Assembly: GCA_963765765.1 (NCBI GenBank)
Contig: CAVXYC010000019.1
Location: forward strand, 1 to 64,000
Direction of reading: 5' to 3'
Origin: an uncultured Chloroflexia bacterium
GTDB lineage: Bacteria > Chloroflexota > UBA6077 > JACCZL01
Length of the DNA stretch: 64,000 bases
Shown: in pieces, positions 63,683-64,000 of the stretch
How positions within the stretch are numbered: position 1 is the first letter of the stretch
How the letters are laid out: each line of letters begins with the position of its first letter
Notes under the pieces: model-generated
The model's database searches: none
What the model was told of the DNA's origin: nothing
What the model saw: only the letters and a program-made list of their open reading frames with translations
Position numbers and translations under genes: made by a program

Positions 63683-64000
63683 TCAATTCAAAGGGACAGC
63701 GCTGCTGATCGTCAGGATCTTGTCCCATGAGCCGAATTCAGCAGGTACGTAGTGCATCATGGCGACCATCCAGTTGGCGAAGAACGCGCCAAGGCGTGAC
63801 GAATCGGCCGTTATGAGCCCGATCTTTTCCGCAAATGACGAGGCCGTACCGACCAGCAAGATACCCTCGCAAGCGCCGAGACCCAGCCCAGCAATGAGGT
63901 CCACGGTACGGAGCGCAGGGTTGTTGAGTGCTGGCCGAATCATCGATGCCAGAATGGTCACGGCGGTCAGGACGATCACGAGTACGCCGAGATACGCGAG
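63683..64000 (-). CDS. CvpA (colicin V production) family membrane protein, 5' end outside window
   Basis: LRTVDLIAGLGLGACEG resembles the CvpA D..LG..FG...G motif; downstream SSRL. Confidence 0.55.
   Translation of the reverse strand, partial: LAYLGVLVIVLTAVTILASMIRPALNNPALRTVDLIAGLGLGACEGILLVGTASSFAEKIGLITADSSRLGAFFANWMVAMMHYVPAEFGSWDKILTISSAVPLN

Overview
A 64 kb high-GC bacterial chromosomal segment, most likely Chloroflexota; this is inferred from the secreted glycoside hydrolase with a Chloroflexi-type C-terminal module and from lipoprotein binding proteins with Pro/Ala-rich tethers. Many genes are split by 1-bp indels, including housekeeping thiE and thiO, so these look like long-read consensus errors and genes are reported as reconstructed. 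About 3-55 kb is a large catabolic/uptake region. It holds five amidohydrolase_2 enzymes, a D-aminoacylase, four cupins (two as a tandem duplicate), a Rieske ferredoxin, an isochorismatase/NicF-like amidase, a ThDP enzyme, CMD, SDR, enoyl-CoA hydratase, two 2-hydroxyacid dehydrogenases and an LLM monooxygenase. Transport genes there are six solute-binding proteins, two FbpB-type permeases and a TctA-TctB fusion. Interspersed are thiG-thiE-thiS-thiO, two large STAND-type regulators and two toxin-antitoxin loci (one decayed). The right end is housekeeping: class II nrdJ with NrdR boxes, plsX, a membrane fusion protein, yihY and cvpA. The best novelty candidate is an orphan ParB CTPase-HTH protein whose C-terminus is a YqfB-like ASCH domain with apparently intact catalytic residues. 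Also notable is the variety of unrelated palindromic REP-like elements in the intergenic gaps. No rRNA, tRNA, CRISPR array or intact transposase was seen.
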